64,000 nt of DNA from Escherichia coli (GTDB lineage Bacteria > Pseudomonadota > Gammaproteobacteria > Enterobacterales > Enterobacteriaceae): the NCBI RefSeq assembly GCF_024298765.1, contig NZ_CP101210.1, one strand, 5' to 3'. Below the pieces are notes generated by a model that was not told the DNA's origin, searched no databases, and saw only the letters and a program-made list of their open reading frames with translations. Of the stretch, positions 1-12,671 are shown one piece after another. The stretch's first letter is position 1. The number at the start of each line of letters is the position of its first letter. Position numbers and translations under genes: made by a program.

Positions 1-1308
<1,308 letters not shown>

Positions 1309-1312
1309 CCCT

Positions 1313-1334
1313 GACGGCCTCTGCGGAGGCCGTC
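1313..1334. terminator. hairpin between convergent pntB and tqsA
   Basis: GACGGCCTC-TGCG-GAGGCCGTC, a perfect 9-bp stem. T-rich sequence follows on the + side. Overlaps the tqsA stop codon. Confidence 0.5.
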
Positions 1335-2367
1335 ACTCTTTATTGAGATCGCTTAACAGAACGGCGATGCTTTGACCTCCCGCTGTTTGTTCAAGCGCAA
1401 TTTTGACAATAATTGTCAACGGCACGGAAAGCAGCATACCCACCGGTCCTAACAACCATCCCCAAAAAATCAACGACAAAAATACCACCAATGTCGAAAG
1501 CCCCAGCCCACGTCCCATGATGCGCGGCTCCAGAATATTGCCGAAGACCAGATTAATCAGCAGATATCCCGCCAGCACCAGCAACGCTTCGTAGAAGCCA
1601 TTAAACACCAGTACCTGAGCAATAGGGGGGATTGCCGCGAGAACTGAACCAATATTCGGGATGTAATTAAGCGCAAAGGCCAGCAATCCCCAGACAAAAG
1701 CGAAGCGAACATCGAGTGCGGCGAGCATCGCCCATGCGACCAGGCCGGTGATGATGCTGATGGCTGTTTTCAGCACCAGATAATGAGACACACTGTCAAT
1801 CGCACGCTGAATCGCCGCCATCCCTTCAACCGGACGCGCCATCATTTGCTGAAATTTCCCGGGCAATTGTGGCACTTCGAGCAGCATAAACAGCACCGTC
1901 AGCAGCAATAAAAAGATTGATGACATGGCATTAGATAACTGCGTCAATAAGTTGGTGAGCAACGTCATCGCCGCGTTCGGATCAATGTAATGCGCCAGTT
2001 GGTCAACTGAGACATCAATCCCTACGCGTTGCAACAACGGTTCAATCGCTTTCAGTGGCGTCATAATAGAGTTGCGATATTGCGGTAACGTCCGCGTCAA
2101 CTCATTGAGCGCGGAACCCAGATAAGCTAACAGCAACACCATCGCCATCACGATGATGGTCATCAAAATTGACACTGCCAGTACACGCGGCACACGCCAG
2201 CGGACCATGTGTTGCACCAGCGGGTTAAGAATAACAGCAATAAATAATGCGAGAATAAACGGCACGATGATCTCGGCGGCAAAACGGATACCGCAGAGAA
2301 TAATGACCAGCATTCCCAACATAATGACGATTTTTAGGCCATTGAGCGTGATGATCGGCTTTGCCAT
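1333..2367 (-). CDS. tqsA: AI-2 exporter, AI-2E/PerM family membrane protein
   Basis: 344 aa with many TM segments. Size and position next to pntB match K-12 TqsA (YdgG). Confidence 0.9.
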   Translation of the reverse strand: MAKPIITLNGLKIVIMLGMLVIILCGIRFAAEIIVPFILALFIAVILNPLVQHMVRWRVPRVLAVSILMTIIVMAMVLLLAYLGSALNELTRTLPQYRNSIMTPLKAIEPLLQRVGIDVSVDQLAHYIDPNAAMTLLTNLLTQLSNAMSSIFLLLLTVLFMLLEVPQLPGKFQQMMARPVEGMAAIQRAIDSVSHYLVLKTAISIITGLVAWAMLAALDVRFAFVWGLLAFALNYIPNIGSVLAAIPPIAQVLVFNGFYEALLVLAGYLLINLVFGNILEPRIMGRGLGLSTLVVFLSLIFWGWLLGPVGMLLSVPLTIIVKIALEQTAGGQSIAVLLSDLNKE

Positions 2368-2777
2368 GCTTGTCCCCGTTTTTTCTTCCTTGGCTAATAA
2401 TAATGTCTTTTTCGCTCCGTCATCATAACGAAAATCAAACCGCTCAGGTAAAGAAGTGAAAATATTTTGAGTTAATTCTTAAGCTATGATACAAATCAGG
2501 CGTGTTCAACTACCGAGGACAATTATCATCCGCGATGACGAGAAGCAACACTGCGGATAATTGTAATATTATGGACAATTTGTTCAGGACGTTATTTTCT
2601 ACATTTACCCATCTTCGTACCTCATCCACTATCTTGCTCGTAGGTGAGCAGCACTGGCGCAACGCGCTTTAGTCCTTTCTTCTGCCAAAACTTGCGCTAA
2701 GCGCGGGCTTGACCACTTTACTTTGGTTTCGCTGAATTAAGCGAAAATTAAAATAATTCTCTTGCAGGAGAAGGGCA

Positions 2778-3143
2778 ATGTATATTTATTGGATTTTATT
2801 AGGTCTGGCTATTGCTACAGAAATTACCGGTACGCTGTCCATGAAATGGGCGAGCGTCAGTGAGGGAAATGGCGGCTTTATTTTAATGCTGGTGATGATT
2901 TCTCTGTCGTATATATTTCTCTCTTTCGCCGTTAAAAAGATCGCCTTAGGCGTAGCTTATGCGCTGTGGGAAGGTATCGGTATTTTATTTATTACCTTGT
3001 TTAGCGTTTTGTTATTCGACGAAAGTTTATCTCTGATGAAAATTGCCGGGTTAACCACCCTGGTCGCCGGGATTGTGTTGATCAAATCAGGTACCCGTAA
3101 AGCGCGTAAACCTGAACTGGAGGTGAACCATGGCGCAGTTTGA
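2778..3143 (+). CDS. mdtJ: SMR-family spermidine exporter subunit
   Basis: 121 aa, 4-TM SMR-type. AGGAG RBS upstream. 14-nt overlap with mdtI. Confidence 0.92.
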
Positions 3144-3459
3144 ATGGGTTCACGCCGCCTGGCTGGCATTGGCAATCGTGCTGGAAATCGTTGCTAACGT
3201 CTTTTTGAAATTTTCTGACGGCTTTCGTCGCAAAATATTTGGCTTGCTCTCTCTGGCGGCGGTGCTGGCTGCCTTTAGTGCGCTTTCTCAGGCCGTTAAA
3301 GGGATCGACTTGTCTGTCGCTTATGCATTGTGGGGCGGATTTGGTATTGCCGCCACGTTAGCCGCAGGTTGGATCTTGTTTGGTCAACGGTTAAATCGTA
3401 AAGGCTGGATTGGCCTGGTGCTGCTGTTGGCTGGAATGATCATGGTGAAACTTGCCTGA
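3130..3459 (+). CDS. mdtI: SMR-family spermidine exporter subunit
   Basis: 109 aa, 4-TM SMR-type, translationally coupled to mdtJ. Confidence 0.92.
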
Positions 3460-3464
3460 TGAAC

Positions 3465-3490
3465 ACGCTGCCCGCGCTGTCGGGCAGCGT
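3465..3490. terminator. hairpin between convergent mdtI and ydgD
   Basis: ACGCTGCCCG-CGCTGT-CGGGCAGCGT, a 10-bp stem followed by TTT. Confidence 0.55.
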
Positions 3491-3497
3491 TTGAACA

Positions 3498-4319
3498 TTA
3501 TTTTTGCGACAGTTGATCCAGCTTGTCGCGAAAACCAGTAACAGAAATGGCCCGGTTATCGGCGCGCCAGCGATCTTTCGCGGCAGGAGCCGAACTTTGC
3601 ACCCCAATTAATTGCCAGCCGTCATCGGTATGCAACATCAGAGGCGAACCGCTGTCACCCGGCAAGGTATCGCACTGATGCGACATCACCGACGTTTGCG
3701 CCCAGCCAGTCACTTCACAGTTTTGATGACTGTACAACGTATCGAGATGATCTTCAGGGTATCCCGCCTGAGTCACTTTACGACCTGCCGCTTTTAATGC
3801 GGCGGTAAGCGTGGCTTTATCTCCCTCAAATAACGGCAATGGTGTAATGCCAGAAGGGGGATTACGTAGCACAATCAAACCGAAGTCCCACGGCGCAGCT
3901 GCGGGAGGAACAATCCAACCATCCCCATCTGCTTTTAACCGCTTTCCCAGTGTCGGATCAACGCGGCCTTCTATGTCGTGGATCTCATAGCGCCAAAGAC
4001 CTTTATTTGACACGAAACGCAGCGCTACCGCTTTATCGGCTTTACCCTTTGGCGGCGTCAATAAACAGTGTCCTGCCGTTAATGCCAGATTGGGTGCAAT
4101 CAGCGTCGCTGTACATAAATTGCCGCTGGCCGTTTCCAGTTGGCCAACCGCATCCCACGGTGATTGGGTCGTGTCATTCACTGGCACACGATCATCATGA
4201 CCAAAAAACAGGGTGCTGACCTCATCGTTTGCCGATTTGGCAACGTCTGGTTTATCTGCAAACACAAAAGCAGACGTCAAACTAATTGCACCCAACACTA
4301 CAGCAATGGTTCTACGCAT
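3498..4319 (-). CDS. ydgD: secreted trypsin-like serine peptidase
   Basis: 273 aa. Signal peptide [21 protein letters not shown]. His motif TAGHC and Ser motif GDSGSP. Confidence 0.9.
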   Translation of the reverse strand: MRRTIAVVLGAISLTSAFVFADKPDVAKSANDEVSTLFFGHDDRVPVNDTTQSPWDAVGQLETASGNLCTATLIAPNLALTAGHCLLTPPKGKADKAVALRFVSNKGLWRYEIHDIEGRVDPTLGKRLKADGDGWIVPPAAAPWDFGLIVLRNPPSGITPLPLFEGDKATLTAALKAAGRKVTQAGYPEDHLDTLYSHQNCEVTGWAQTSVMSHQCDTLPGDSGSPLMLHTDDGWQLIGVQSSAPAAKDRWRADNRAISVTGFRDKLDQLSQK

Positions 4320-4418
4320 ATCACACTCTGGTGGGTAATTATGATTATTAAAAGCAAACCCTCATAAATACTATAGACGGGACGGGATGAAAGTGGGAGT
4401 AAAATCAGATAACTACGA

Positions 4419-4502
4419 TCAGGAAAGATAAAAACGGGCGGCAATCAGTGCGCATAAAATAAGGATGATAAGAATGAACTCAAAGCGATAACGGCCCACC
4501 AT
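4419..4502 (-). CDS. ydgU: 27-aa small membrane protein
   Basis: Below the track cutoff. ATG 4502 gives MVGRYRFEFILIILILCALIAARFYLS then stop. Lies between ydgD and asr, as K-12 ydgU does. Confidence 0.7.
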   Translation of the reverse strand: MVGRYRFEFILIILILCALIAARFYLS

Positions 4503-4594
4503 ACTACCCTCCGCTAAAGGCGGTGCTAAACGTTACCCGTTTAGCACCGTAATTTTCAGGCGCGAGGGGGCGCGCCAGCATTACTGTTGAAAAC

Positions 4595-4903
4595 TTACGC
4601 TGCGGGTTGTGCAGCAGGTTTTGCCGGTTGCTGATGGCTGTGTTTCTTGGCGTGTTTCTTCGCTGCCTGCGCTTTTTGTTCAGGAGCTTTCTGTTCAGCT
4701 TTGGCATTTTTATGATGCTTTTTAGCCGCCTGCGCTTTCTGGGCAGGTGCTGCTTTATGCTGTTTTTTATGATGTGTGGTTTTCGCAGGCGCTGCTTTGG
4801 TGGTCGTCGCAGTCGGAGCAGGTGTGGTCGCAGTCTCTGCAGCAAAGGCAGCAGAAGACAGACCCATAGCAGCGGCAACAACCAGAGCTAATACTTTTTT
4901 CAT
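4595..4903 (-). CDS. asr: acid shock protein
   Basis: Start taken at [21 protein letters not shown] (Met10 of the track ORF), giving 102 aa. Signal peptide followed by a Lys/Ala/His/Gln-rich repeat. Confidence 0.9.
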   Translation of the reverse strand: MKKVLALVVAAAMGLSSAAFAAETATTPAPTATTTKAAPAKTTHHKKQHKAAPAQKAQAAKKHHKNAKAEQKAPEQKAQAAKKHAKKHSHQQPAKPAAQPAA

Positions 4904-5327
4904 TGTCATACCCTCAATTTGTTTTTTCATTTAACCCCACTGCGGGGCCGTTGAAATAACTATATCCCTGGGAATGGCAGACTTCCGTGAGTGGTTGGTT
5001 TCAGCGTGTAACGATATGTACAAACGCTGAATAAATTACAGCGTTGATAATAACGTATTGTGACTTAAGGAAAATTCATCTACCAATAATAGTAGTCTTG
5101 ATCGTGTTAACTATTTTACTACTTACAAAGCGGTAGAATAACTGCGCATCAGTAATAAATGACACACAGCAAAATGAATCCGTTTATTTGGGTACTTATA
5201 ATCCTGATGACACTAGATGCGCTGCGGGAATTGGCTGGCGCTTCGTCTATTTTAGGATGGCTATTAACGTTGGTTTGAGCAGGCAATAAGTCCGGACGGG
5301 TATTTACCTCAGTCCGGACTTATTTTT

Positions 5328-6581
5328 TCAGGCGTGCAGACGATGATGCAAACGCGTCCCGACCAGCAGAGCAATGACCAGCATCAGAGCAATAAATGCG
5401 CCGACGCCGTTCCAGCCATAGTTATGCCAGAAAACACCACCCAGCGTCCCGGCAATACTCGACCCCAGATAGTAACTGAACAGATACAGCGAGGAGGCCT
5501 GGCCTTTAGCGCGTTTTGCGCGGGGGCCGATCCAGCTGCTGGCTACTGAGTGGGCTGCGAAGAATCCGGCTGAGAAGAGTAACATTCCGGCAAAGATCAG
5601 CCACAGCGAGCTAAATAAGGTCATCAGTAAACCAAACAGCATAACCCCCGTCGAAAACAACATCACCGGACCGCGCCCATAGCGGGTGGTCATGGTTCCG
5701 GCTTTGGGTGAGCTCCATGTACCGGTCAAATAAGCCAGCGATAATAAGCCAACCACGGCCTGGCTGACATGCCAGGGGGAGAGCATCAACCGATAGCCGA
5801 CGTAATTAAACAGCGTGACGAACGACCCCATCAGCAAAAAGCCTTCTGCGAACAATAACGGTAATCCCCGGTCACGCCAGTGCAGACGAAAGTTGATGAA
5901 TAACGTCTTAGGGCGCAGTGAAGTCGGGCGAAAATGGCGTGATTCAGGGAGGATTTTCCAGAACATTAACGCCGAGGCCAGCGCGAAACAACCGATTGCC
6001 GCCAGCGCAATTCGCCAGTTGAAAAAGTCCGTGAAGACACCGCTAATTAAGCGTCCGCTCATGCCGCCAATTGAGTTGCCGCTGATATACAACCCCATCG
6101 AAAAGGCCACGAAACTGGGGTGGATTTCCTCGCTAAGATAAGTCATGCCAACAGCTGCTACGCCACTTAACGAAAGCCCAATCAAGGCGCGCATAATCAA
6201 AATGCCGTGCCAGCTGGTCATCATTGTCGAAAGTAACGTACAAATGGAGGCCAACAGTAGCGCCGTGACCATCACTGGTTTGCGACCAATGGCATCGGAT
6301 AACGGGCCAGTAAACAGCAAACCGATAGCCAACATCGCCGTGGAAATGGACAGTGAAATACTACTGTTCGCGGGCGTTAAGCCAAACTCCTGCGAAAGCA
6401 CCGGAAGGATAGGTTGCACACAATAGAGAAGTGCGAAGGTTGCCAGTCCGGCAGAGAACAGCGCCAGGGTGACGCGCATAAATTGCGGCGTACCGCGTTT
6501 AATAAATTGATTTGGCTGAGAAATGCTTTGCTTGTCAGTGTCGCTTGCCGGAGCGCCATCAACAGTTGTAGTACGGCTCAC
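5328..6581 (-). CDS. ynfM: MFS transporter
   Basis: 417 aa, 12-TM MFS pattern, divergent from the LysR gene ynfL. Confidence 0.9.
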   Translation of the reverse strand: MSRTTTVDGAPASDTDKQSISQPNQFIKRGTPQFMRVTLALFSAGLATFALLYCVQPILPVLSQEFGLTPANSSISLSISTAMLAIGLLFTGPLSDAIGRKPVMVTALLLASICTLLSTMMTSWHGILIMRALIGLSLSGVAAVGMTYLSEEIHPSFVAFSMGLYISGNSIGGMSGRLISGVFTDFFNWRIALAAIGCFALASALMFWKILPESRHFRPTSLRPKTLFINFRLHWRDRGLPLLFAEGFLLMGSFVTLFNYVGYRLMLSPWHVSQAVVGLLSLAYLTGTWSSPKAGTMTTRYGRGPVMLFSTGVMLFGLLMTLFSSLWLIFAGMLLFSAGFFAAHSVASSWIGPRAKRAKGQASSLYLFSYYLGSSIAGTLGGVFWHNYGWNGVGAFIALMLVIALLVGTRLHHRLHA

Positions 6582-6687
6582 TTGAAATCCTTGCTAAATA
6601 TGCCTGTGGATCAGGCTTATGAATAGATTAGGAAAATCGAATTGTTCTGTCTAATATATTAATAATCTCAAATAAGATGTTTTAAAT

Positions 6688-7581
6688 ATGAATATTGAAC
6701 TTCGTCATCTGCGTTACTTTGTTGCTGTTGCAGAAGAGCTGCATTTCGGGCGCGCCGCTGCCCGCCTGAATATTTCGCAACCGCCGCTAAGTCAGCAGAT
6801 TCAGGCGCTGGAGCAACAAATTGGTGCCCGACTGCTGGCACGAACTAATCGCAGTGTATTGCTGACGGAAGCAGGAAAACAGTTTCTTGTAGATAGTCGG
6901 CAAATCCTGTCTATGGTGGATGATGCTGCCGCTCGCGCTGAAAGGCTGCATCAGGGCGAAGCGGGGGAGTTGCGCATTGGTTTTACTTCGTCCGCTCCTT
7001 TTATTCGGGCGGTGTCCGATACGTTATCGCTGTTTCGCCGTGATTATCCCGATGTCCATTTACAAACCCGCGAAATGAACACTCGCGAGCAAATCGCTCC
7101 GCTCATTGAAGGAACGCTGGATATGGGATTGCTGCGTAACACAGCGTTACCGGAGACGCTTGAACACGCAGTCATCGTCCATGAACCGCTTATGGCGATG
7201 ATCCCGCACGATCATCCCCTGGCAAATAACCCGAGTGTAACGCTGGCTGAACTGGCGAAAGAACCCTTTGTCTTTTTTGATCCGCACGTAGGGACAGGGC
7301 TGTATGACGATATTCTCGGGCTGATGCGACGTTACAATTTGACGCCCGTCATCACTCAGGAGGTGGGTGAGGCAATGACCATCATCGGTCTGGTTTCCGC
7401 TGGTCTGGGTGTTTCAATTTTGCCTGCGTCATTTAAACGTGTTCAGCTCAACGAAATGCGCTGGGTGCCGATTGCTGAAGAGGATGCGGTTTCTGAAATG
7501 TGGTTGGTCTGGCCGAAACACCATGAACAAAGTCCGGCTGCGCGTAACTTTCGTATTCATCTGCTGAATGCTCTCAGGTGA
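6688..7581 (+). CDS. ynfL: LysR-type transcriptional regulator
   Basis: N-terminal HTH LRYFVAVAEELHFGRAAARLNISQPPLSQQIQALE; 297 aa. Confidence 0.9.
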   Translation: MNIELRHLRYFVAVAEELHFGRAAARLNISQPPLSQQIQALEQQIGARLLARTNRSVLLTEAGKQFLVDSRQILSMVDDAAARAERLHQGEAGELRIGFTSSAPFIRAVSDTLSLFRRDYPDVHLQTREMNTREQIAPLIEGTLDMGLLRNTALPETLEHAVIVHEPLMAMIPHDHPLANNPSVTLAELAKEPFVFFDPHVGTGLYDDILGLMRRYNLTPVITQEVGEAMTIIGLVSAGLGVSILPASFKRVQLNEMRWVPIAEEDAVSEMWLVWPKHHEQSPAARNFRIHLLNALR

Positions 7582-7715
7582 GGGAAATTTCAGCGAAAAA
7601 GCCCGAAAAATGTGCTGTTAATCACATGCCTAAGTAAAAATTTGACGACACGTATTGAAGTGCTTCACCATAGCCTACAGATTATTTCGGAGCGCGAAAA
7701 TATAGGGAGTATGCG

Positions 7716-8936
7716 GTGGTTGCTGAAAATCAGCCTGGGCACATTGATCAAATAAAGCAGACCAACGCGGGCGCGGTTTATCGCCTGATTGATCAGCTTG
7801 GTCCAGTCTCGCGTATCGATCTTTCCCGTCTGGCGCAGCTGGCTCCTGCCAGTATCACTAAAATTGTCCGTGAGATGCTCGAAGCACACCTGGTGCAAGA
7901 GCTGGAAATCAAAGAAGCGGGGAACCGTGGCCGTCCGGCAGTGGGGCTGGTGGTTGAAACTGAAGCCTGGCACTATCTTTCTCTGCGCATTAGTCGCGGG
8001 GAGATTTTCCTTGCTTTGCGCGATCTGAGCAGCAAACTGGTAGTGGAGGAGTCGCAGGAACTGGCGTTAAAAGATGACTCGCCATTGCTGGATCGTATCA
8101 TTTCCCATATCGATCAGTTTTTTATCCGCCACCAGAAAAAACTTGAGCGTCTGACTTCGATTGCCATAACCTTGCCGGGAATTATTGATACGGAAAATGG
8201 TATTGTACATCGCATGCCGTTCTACGAGGATGTAAAAGAGATGCCGCTCGGCGAGGCGCTGGAGCAGCATACCGGCGTACCGGTTTATATTCAGCATGAT
8301 ATCAGCGCATGGACGATGGCTGAGGCCTTGTTTGGTGCCTCACGCGGGGCGCGCGATGTGATTCAGGTGGTTATCGATCACAACGTGGGGGCGGGCGTCA
8401 TTACCGATGGTCATCTGCTACACGCAGGCAGCAGTAGCCTCGTGGAAATAGGTCACACGCAGGTCGACCCGTATGGGAAACGCTGTTATTGCGGGAATCA
8501 CGGCTGCCTCGAAACCATCGCCAGTGTGGACAGTATTCTTGAGCTGGCACAGCTGCGTCTCAATCAATCCATGAGCTCGATGTTACATGGACAGCCGTTA
8601 ACCGTGGATTCATTGTGTCAGGCGGCATTGCGCGGCGATCTACTGGCAAAAGACATCATTACCGGGGTGGGCGCGCATGTAGGGCGCATTCTTGCCATCA
8701 TGGTGAATTTATTTAACCCACAAAAAATACTGATTGGCTCACCGTTAAGTAAAGCGGCAGATATCCTCTTCCCGGTCATCTCGGACAGCATCCGTCAGCA
8801 GGCCCTTCCTGCGTATAGTCAGCACATTAGCGTTGAGAGTACTCAGTTTTCTAACCAGGGTTCGATGGCAGGGGCTGCGCTGGTAAAAGACGCGATGTAT
8901 AACGGTTCTTTGTTGATTCGTCTGTTGCAGGGTTAA
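7716..8936 (+). CDS. mlc: ROK-family global sugar regulator Mlc (DgsA)
   Basis: GTG start at 7716. 406 aa. ROK zinc motif CYCGNHGCLE. N-terminal wHTH. Confidence 0.93.
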   Translation: MVAENQPGHIDQIKQTNAGAVYRLIDQLGPVSRIDLSRLAQLAPASITKIVREMLEAHLVQELEIKEAGNRGRPAVGLVVETEAWHYLSLRISRGEIFLALRDLSSKLVVEESQELALKDDSPLLDRIISHIDQFFIRHQKKLERLTSIAITLPGIIDTENGIVHRMPFYEDVKEMPLGEALEQHTGVPVYIQHDISAWTMAEALFGASRGARDVIQVVIDHNVGAGVITDGHLLHAGSSSLVEIGHTQVDPYGKRCYCGNHGCLETIASVDSILELAQLRLNQSMSSMLHGQPLTVDSLCQAALRGDLLAKDIITGVGAHVGRILAIMVNLFNPQKILIGSPLSKAADILFPVISDSIRQQALPAYSQHISVESTQFSNQGSMAGAALVKDAMYNGSLLIRLLQG

Positions 8937-9060
8937 CATTTTTTAACTGTTCTACCAAAATTTGCGCTATCTCAATTTGGGCCAGGAAAGCATAACTTAG
9001 ACTTTCAAGGTTAATTATTTTCCTGGTTTATATTTGTGAAGCATAACGGTGGAGTTAGTG

Positions 9061-9756
9061 ATGCTGAAGCGTTTCTTTATTACCGGTACAGACACTTCTG
9101 TAGGGAAAACGGTGGTTTCCCGCGCATTGCTACAAGCGTTAGCCTCCCAGGGAAAAACGGTTGCGGGATATAAACCCGTAGCGAAGGGGAGCAAAGAGAC
9201 ACCCGAAGGGCTGCGTAATAAAGATGCCCTGGTGTTGCAGAGTGTTTCAACCATCGAACTGCCTTATGAAGCAGTTAATCCTATCGCGTTAAGCGAAGAA
9301 GAAAGTAGCGTGGCGCACAGTTGCCCAATCAATTACACCCTCATTTCAAACGGCCTGGCAAACCTGACCGATAAAGTCGATCATGTCGTGGTAGAAGGGA
9401 CTGGCGGCTGGCGCAGTCTGATGAATGATTTGCGTCCGCTCTCTGAATGGGTGGTGCAGGAACAACTGCCGGTATTGATGGTTGTCGGTATTCAGGAAGG
9501 TTGCATTAACCATGCACTACTAACAGCTCAGGCGATTGCCAACGACGGGCTGCCGCTCATTGGCTGGGTGGCTAACCGAATCAATCCAGGACTGGCGCAT
9601 TATGCGGAAATCATTGATGTGCTCGGTAAAAAACTTCCGGCACCGCTCATTGGTGAACTGCCTTATCTGCCGCGCGCCGAACAGCGTGAACTGGGGCAAT
9701 ACATCCGCTTAGCTATGCTTCGCAGTGTGCTGGCGGTAGATAGAGTCACGGTGTAA
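9061..9756 (+). CDS. ynfK: dethiobiotin synthetase paralogue
   Basis: Start taken at [17 protein letters not shown] (P-loop), Met5 of the track ORF, giving 231 aa. Confidence 0.88.
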   Translation: MLKRFFITGTDTSVGKTVVSRALLQALASQGKTVAGYKPVAKGSKETPEGLRNKDALVLQSVSTIELPYEAVNPIALSEEESSVAHSCPINYTLISNGLANLTDKVDHVVVEGTGGWRSLMNDLRPLSEWVVQEQLPVLMVVGIQEGCINHALLTAQAIANDGLPLIGWVANRINPGLAHYAEIIDVLGKKLPAPLIGELPYLPRAEQRELGQYIRLAMLRSVLAVDRVTV

Positions 9757-10965
9757 CGTCCGCGAAATTACCGACGCAATTACGCAGGCAATCAATAAAC
9801 CGGGGAGTAGCTGATACTCCCCGGTCATTTCACATATCATCAACGTCGACATAATCGGCGCGTGCGTGGTTGCCGCCAACAGTGTCGCCATCCCGGTCAA
9901 TCCGAGTAAAAGCGTAATTTCTTCGCCATCAGGGAACCATAATCCCAGGCTACGACCATACAACATGCCAATGGCAAGACCGATAAATAGCGTCGGTGTA
10001 AAGACACCACCGGGCGCGCCAGAACCACTACTCGCCAGCACGGCAAACAGTTTACAGAGGAAGATCCCGGCAATGATCATTAACAGTGGCGGGGCGGTTA
10101 AAAAGGATTGTACGGTGCTATAGCCGTTGCCCCACACTGCAGGTGTGAACAGGGAAAGCAGACCCACGATCAACCCGCCCAGTGCCAGTTGCCAGGGCGG
10201 CGCAAGTTTGAGACTTACAAATCCACGATGACAGGCGTTCATCAACGTTAACAACAGTGGTCCGCACAGACCTGCCAGCACACCTGTACTGATAATCAGC
10301 GCATAGTCACGAGCCTGAACCGTCACTGAGAGTTGTACGCTGTAGAGTAACGCGTCGCTATGATTAATCAGATTGCTAACCAGCAACGCCACGACGGCGG
10401 AAATAATCACCGGGCCGAGAGAGGCCAACATCATAGTGCCAAACAGCACTTCGGCTATAAATAAACTGCCAGCAAGCGGGGCGCGATAGGCCGCAGCCAT
10501 TCCCGCCGCAGCTCCACAGGCGATCCATAATTTCCACTCCTGGCGTGGCGTAAAACGTTGCGCAAAACAGGAGGCGGCAAGGGCAGCTAAAAGAATCATC
10601 GCACCTTCGCGACCAATTGCACTGCCGCTGGTTACTACCAGCAGCGAGGCAAGGGATTTAACCAGGCTTGCTGCGTAATCAAACTGCCCATCGGTTTGCA
10701 ACGCTTCCATGTAATCGGTCGGCGCATGAGGGCGTTGCTGGGTAAATTTCTGCCAGCCCATCAGCAACAAACCCGCCGCCAGTCCGCCGAGCGCCGGAGT
10801 TAGCAGCCGTCGCCAGGGGGAAAGATTTGTCGCTGCATTGACCAGACTGCCGGAGTCATTATTGAGGAACAACCACTCCAGTAGCAGCATTGCATGACGA
10901 AACCCGGCAACGGCAAAGGCCGCAAGAATACCGACGACTGTTGCGATAAGCAGACGGCGGAACAT
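9709..10965 (-). CDS. clcB: CLC-type voltage-gated chloride channel
   Basis: Start at [12 protein letters not shown] (Met21 of the track ORF), giving 418 aa. CLC motifs GREGA and GAPGGVFTP. 3' end overlaps ynfK convergently. Confidence 0.88.
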   Translation of the reverse strand: MFRRLLIATVVGILAAFAVAGFRHAMLLLEWLFLNNDSGSLVNAATNLSPWRRLLTPALGGLAAGLLLMGWQKFTQQRPHAPTDYMEALQTDGQFDYAASLVKSLASLLVVTSGSAIGREGAMILLAALAASCFAQRFTPRQEWKLWIACGAAAGMAAAYRAPLAGSLFIAEVLFGTMMLASLGPVIISAVVALLVSNLINHSDALLYSVQLSVTVQARDYALIISTGVLAGLCGPLLLTLMNACHRGFVSLKLAPPWQLALGGLIVGLLSLFTPAVWGNGYSTVQSFLTAPPLLMIIAGIFLCKLFAVLASSGSGAPGGVFTPTLFIGLAIGMLYGRSLGLWFPDGEEITLLLGLTGMATLLAATTHAPIMSTLMICEMTGEYQLLPGLLIACVIASVISRTLHRDSIYRQHTAKHS

Positions 10966-11158
10966 AGTGCGCAGATCCGGATAGATGTGTAGATGATGCA
11001 TGAGCAGAAATGGGCAATGAAACACGGGCGACTATTTTGCGGCAAAAGAGGCCAGCCGCAAAAGCAGTGCGTGCTTTAAGAGATAAAAAACGTGACACTG
11101 TAACCTATTATTGCCGAATTGCGCGTAATCGCCACCATCCGGCAATATTACGGTGATC

Positions 11159-11773
11159 CTATCGAAAGAGTGGTTTAACCGCGACAGGAATCAACAGTTG
11201 TGATTGCCATTGCGCCAGCGTTAAGCGAGCCAGTTCCCCCAGTGCACGGTAGAAAGGGTGTTCTGCTTTTTCGATAAAAACGTCAAGAAATCGTGTTGAC
11301 CACGGAAAAAGGTGCCATGCCAGCAATTCTTCGCATTCTGTCTGGCGACCATTCTCCGCCAACCACGCAGCCATCAACAGCAGTGAACCAAAATGATCTT
11401 CCGGTTCGTTTTGCTTCATTTCAAACTGAATGCCTTTCTCGCGCATCCACTGACGAAGTGCCAATGTTGAATCGCCAAACAGCACAGATTCGCGATCCAG
11501 CCAGACCGATCCCCACGGCGGAGACGGCAGTGCCCACGGGCCGACAAACAAACGCTGCCAGGCCTGGGCGTGAGTCTCTTCACACTGTGTCTGAAAAGCC
11601 GTCACCAGCGGCGCTAATGACGCTTCTGGTAGAGGCCACTGAGTTTCCCAGCCGTCACGGGTGAGTACCGCAACCAGAGGTGCGGCTTCCGCACTCTCTG
11701 GAGCGTAATAAAACAGCGCGCCCAACACGCGCGCCGCGACAGAAAAATTATCTTGCTGTGAAAAATGGGTCAT
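11159..11773 (-). CDS. dmsD: Tat proofreading chaperone for DMSO/selenate reductases (TorD family)
   Basis: Start at MTHFSQQDNF (Met4 of the track ORF), giving 204 aa. Last gene of the ynfEFGH-dmsD operon. Confidence 0.9.
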   Translation of the reverse strand: MTHFSQQDNFSVAARVLGALFYYAPESAEAAPLVAVLTRDGWETQWPLPEASLAPLVTAFQTQCEETHAQAWQRLFVGPWALPSPPWGSVWLDRESVLFGDSTLALRQWMREKGIQFEMKQNEPEDHFGSLLLMAAWLAENGRQTECEELLAWHLFPWSTRFLDVFIEKAEHPFYRALGELARLTLAQWQSQLLIPVAVKPLFR

Positions 11774-11815
11774 TCCTAACATCCTGAAATGTGCGGGTTG
11801 CCCCGCACCAATTTG

Positions 11816-12670
11816 TTAACCTGCAATAGCCATTCCTACCGTCATGTGCAGGCCATAAAAGAGCACACGCCCGATCATCTCACCGCCAAGTATGAGGATT
11901 AGCCCCAGAATAAGTCCGGCAACGTGAGGTTCACGGCGACGAATGAGCGGACAAAGCCAGCATCCTAGACCTGTGCATAACAATACCACACGCCAGACCT
12001 GTAAGGAGGCGTAATCTGGTACCAGTGCGCTGGCTTGTTGTACGGATGAGTGAATAGACGCCAGAGACAAACCTTGCAGCACAATCACCCCGGCACAAGC
12101 GATCAGCGCCAGAACGCTAATGATGGCAAATGGTGTGGTATTAAATGTAACGCGGGCTGCCCGCAGAATTGTGGCAGCAAGTATTGGACCGCTCAACAAT
12201 ACTGTCAGGAAGAAAGCCAGCGTAGTGTAACCGTTATACCAGGTTGGCACTGTGTCGATTTGATACACGCAGGTCATCATCCAGACGAAAATGACGCCGA
12301 GCGCCATGCTGACAAGTAACCAGAGTTTCCCCAACGCTTGCGGCATTTTACCGATGACTGCCACCAGCCACCATAATCCGCCAACGGCAAAAAATATGGA
12401 ACCGGCAGCAATCTCGTTACTCAGACCAGAAGCTCCGATTCGATTCAGCGAGTTAAACGCTCGCAGTGGCGATCCCAGGTGCATGACAGAGGCAATAAAC
12501 CCGATGCCCATCAACAGCCAGAGGAAAAACATGCCACGGACAATACGCTGACGGTCTGCGTCATTATTGGCGGCGAACCAGCCAATTCCGCTAACAATCA
12601 GCGCGCCTACTACGCATTGACCCAATACGGTAAAGATAACCAGTGGCCATTCATGCCATCCATTTCCCAT
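11816..12670 (-). CDS. ynfH: DmsC-type membrane anchor subunit
   Basis: The 364-aa track ORF runs back over ynfG. The real start is Met81 (MGNGWHEWPLV, ATG at 12670), one nt from the ynfG stop, giving 284 aa. Polytopic. Confidence 0.88.
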   Translation of the reverse strand: MGNGWHEWPLVIFTVLGQCVVGALIVSGIGWFAANNDADRQRIVRGMFFLWLLMGIGFIASVMHLGSPLRAFNSLNRIGASGLSNEIAAGSIFFAVGGLWWLVAVIGKMPQALGKLWLLVSMALGVIFVWMMTCVYQIDTVPTWYNGYTTLAFFLTVLLSGPILAATILRAARVTFNTTPFAIISVLALIACAGVIVLQGLSLASIHSSVQQASALVPDYASLQVWRVVLLCTGLGCWLCPLIRRREPHVAGLILGLILILGGEMIGRVLFYGLHMTVGMAIAG

Positions 12671-12671
12671 T

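Noticed and set aside
4504-4891. 125-aa minus-strand and 94-aa plus-strand ORFs
   Set aside because: Alternative and antisense frames of the low-complexity asr gene.
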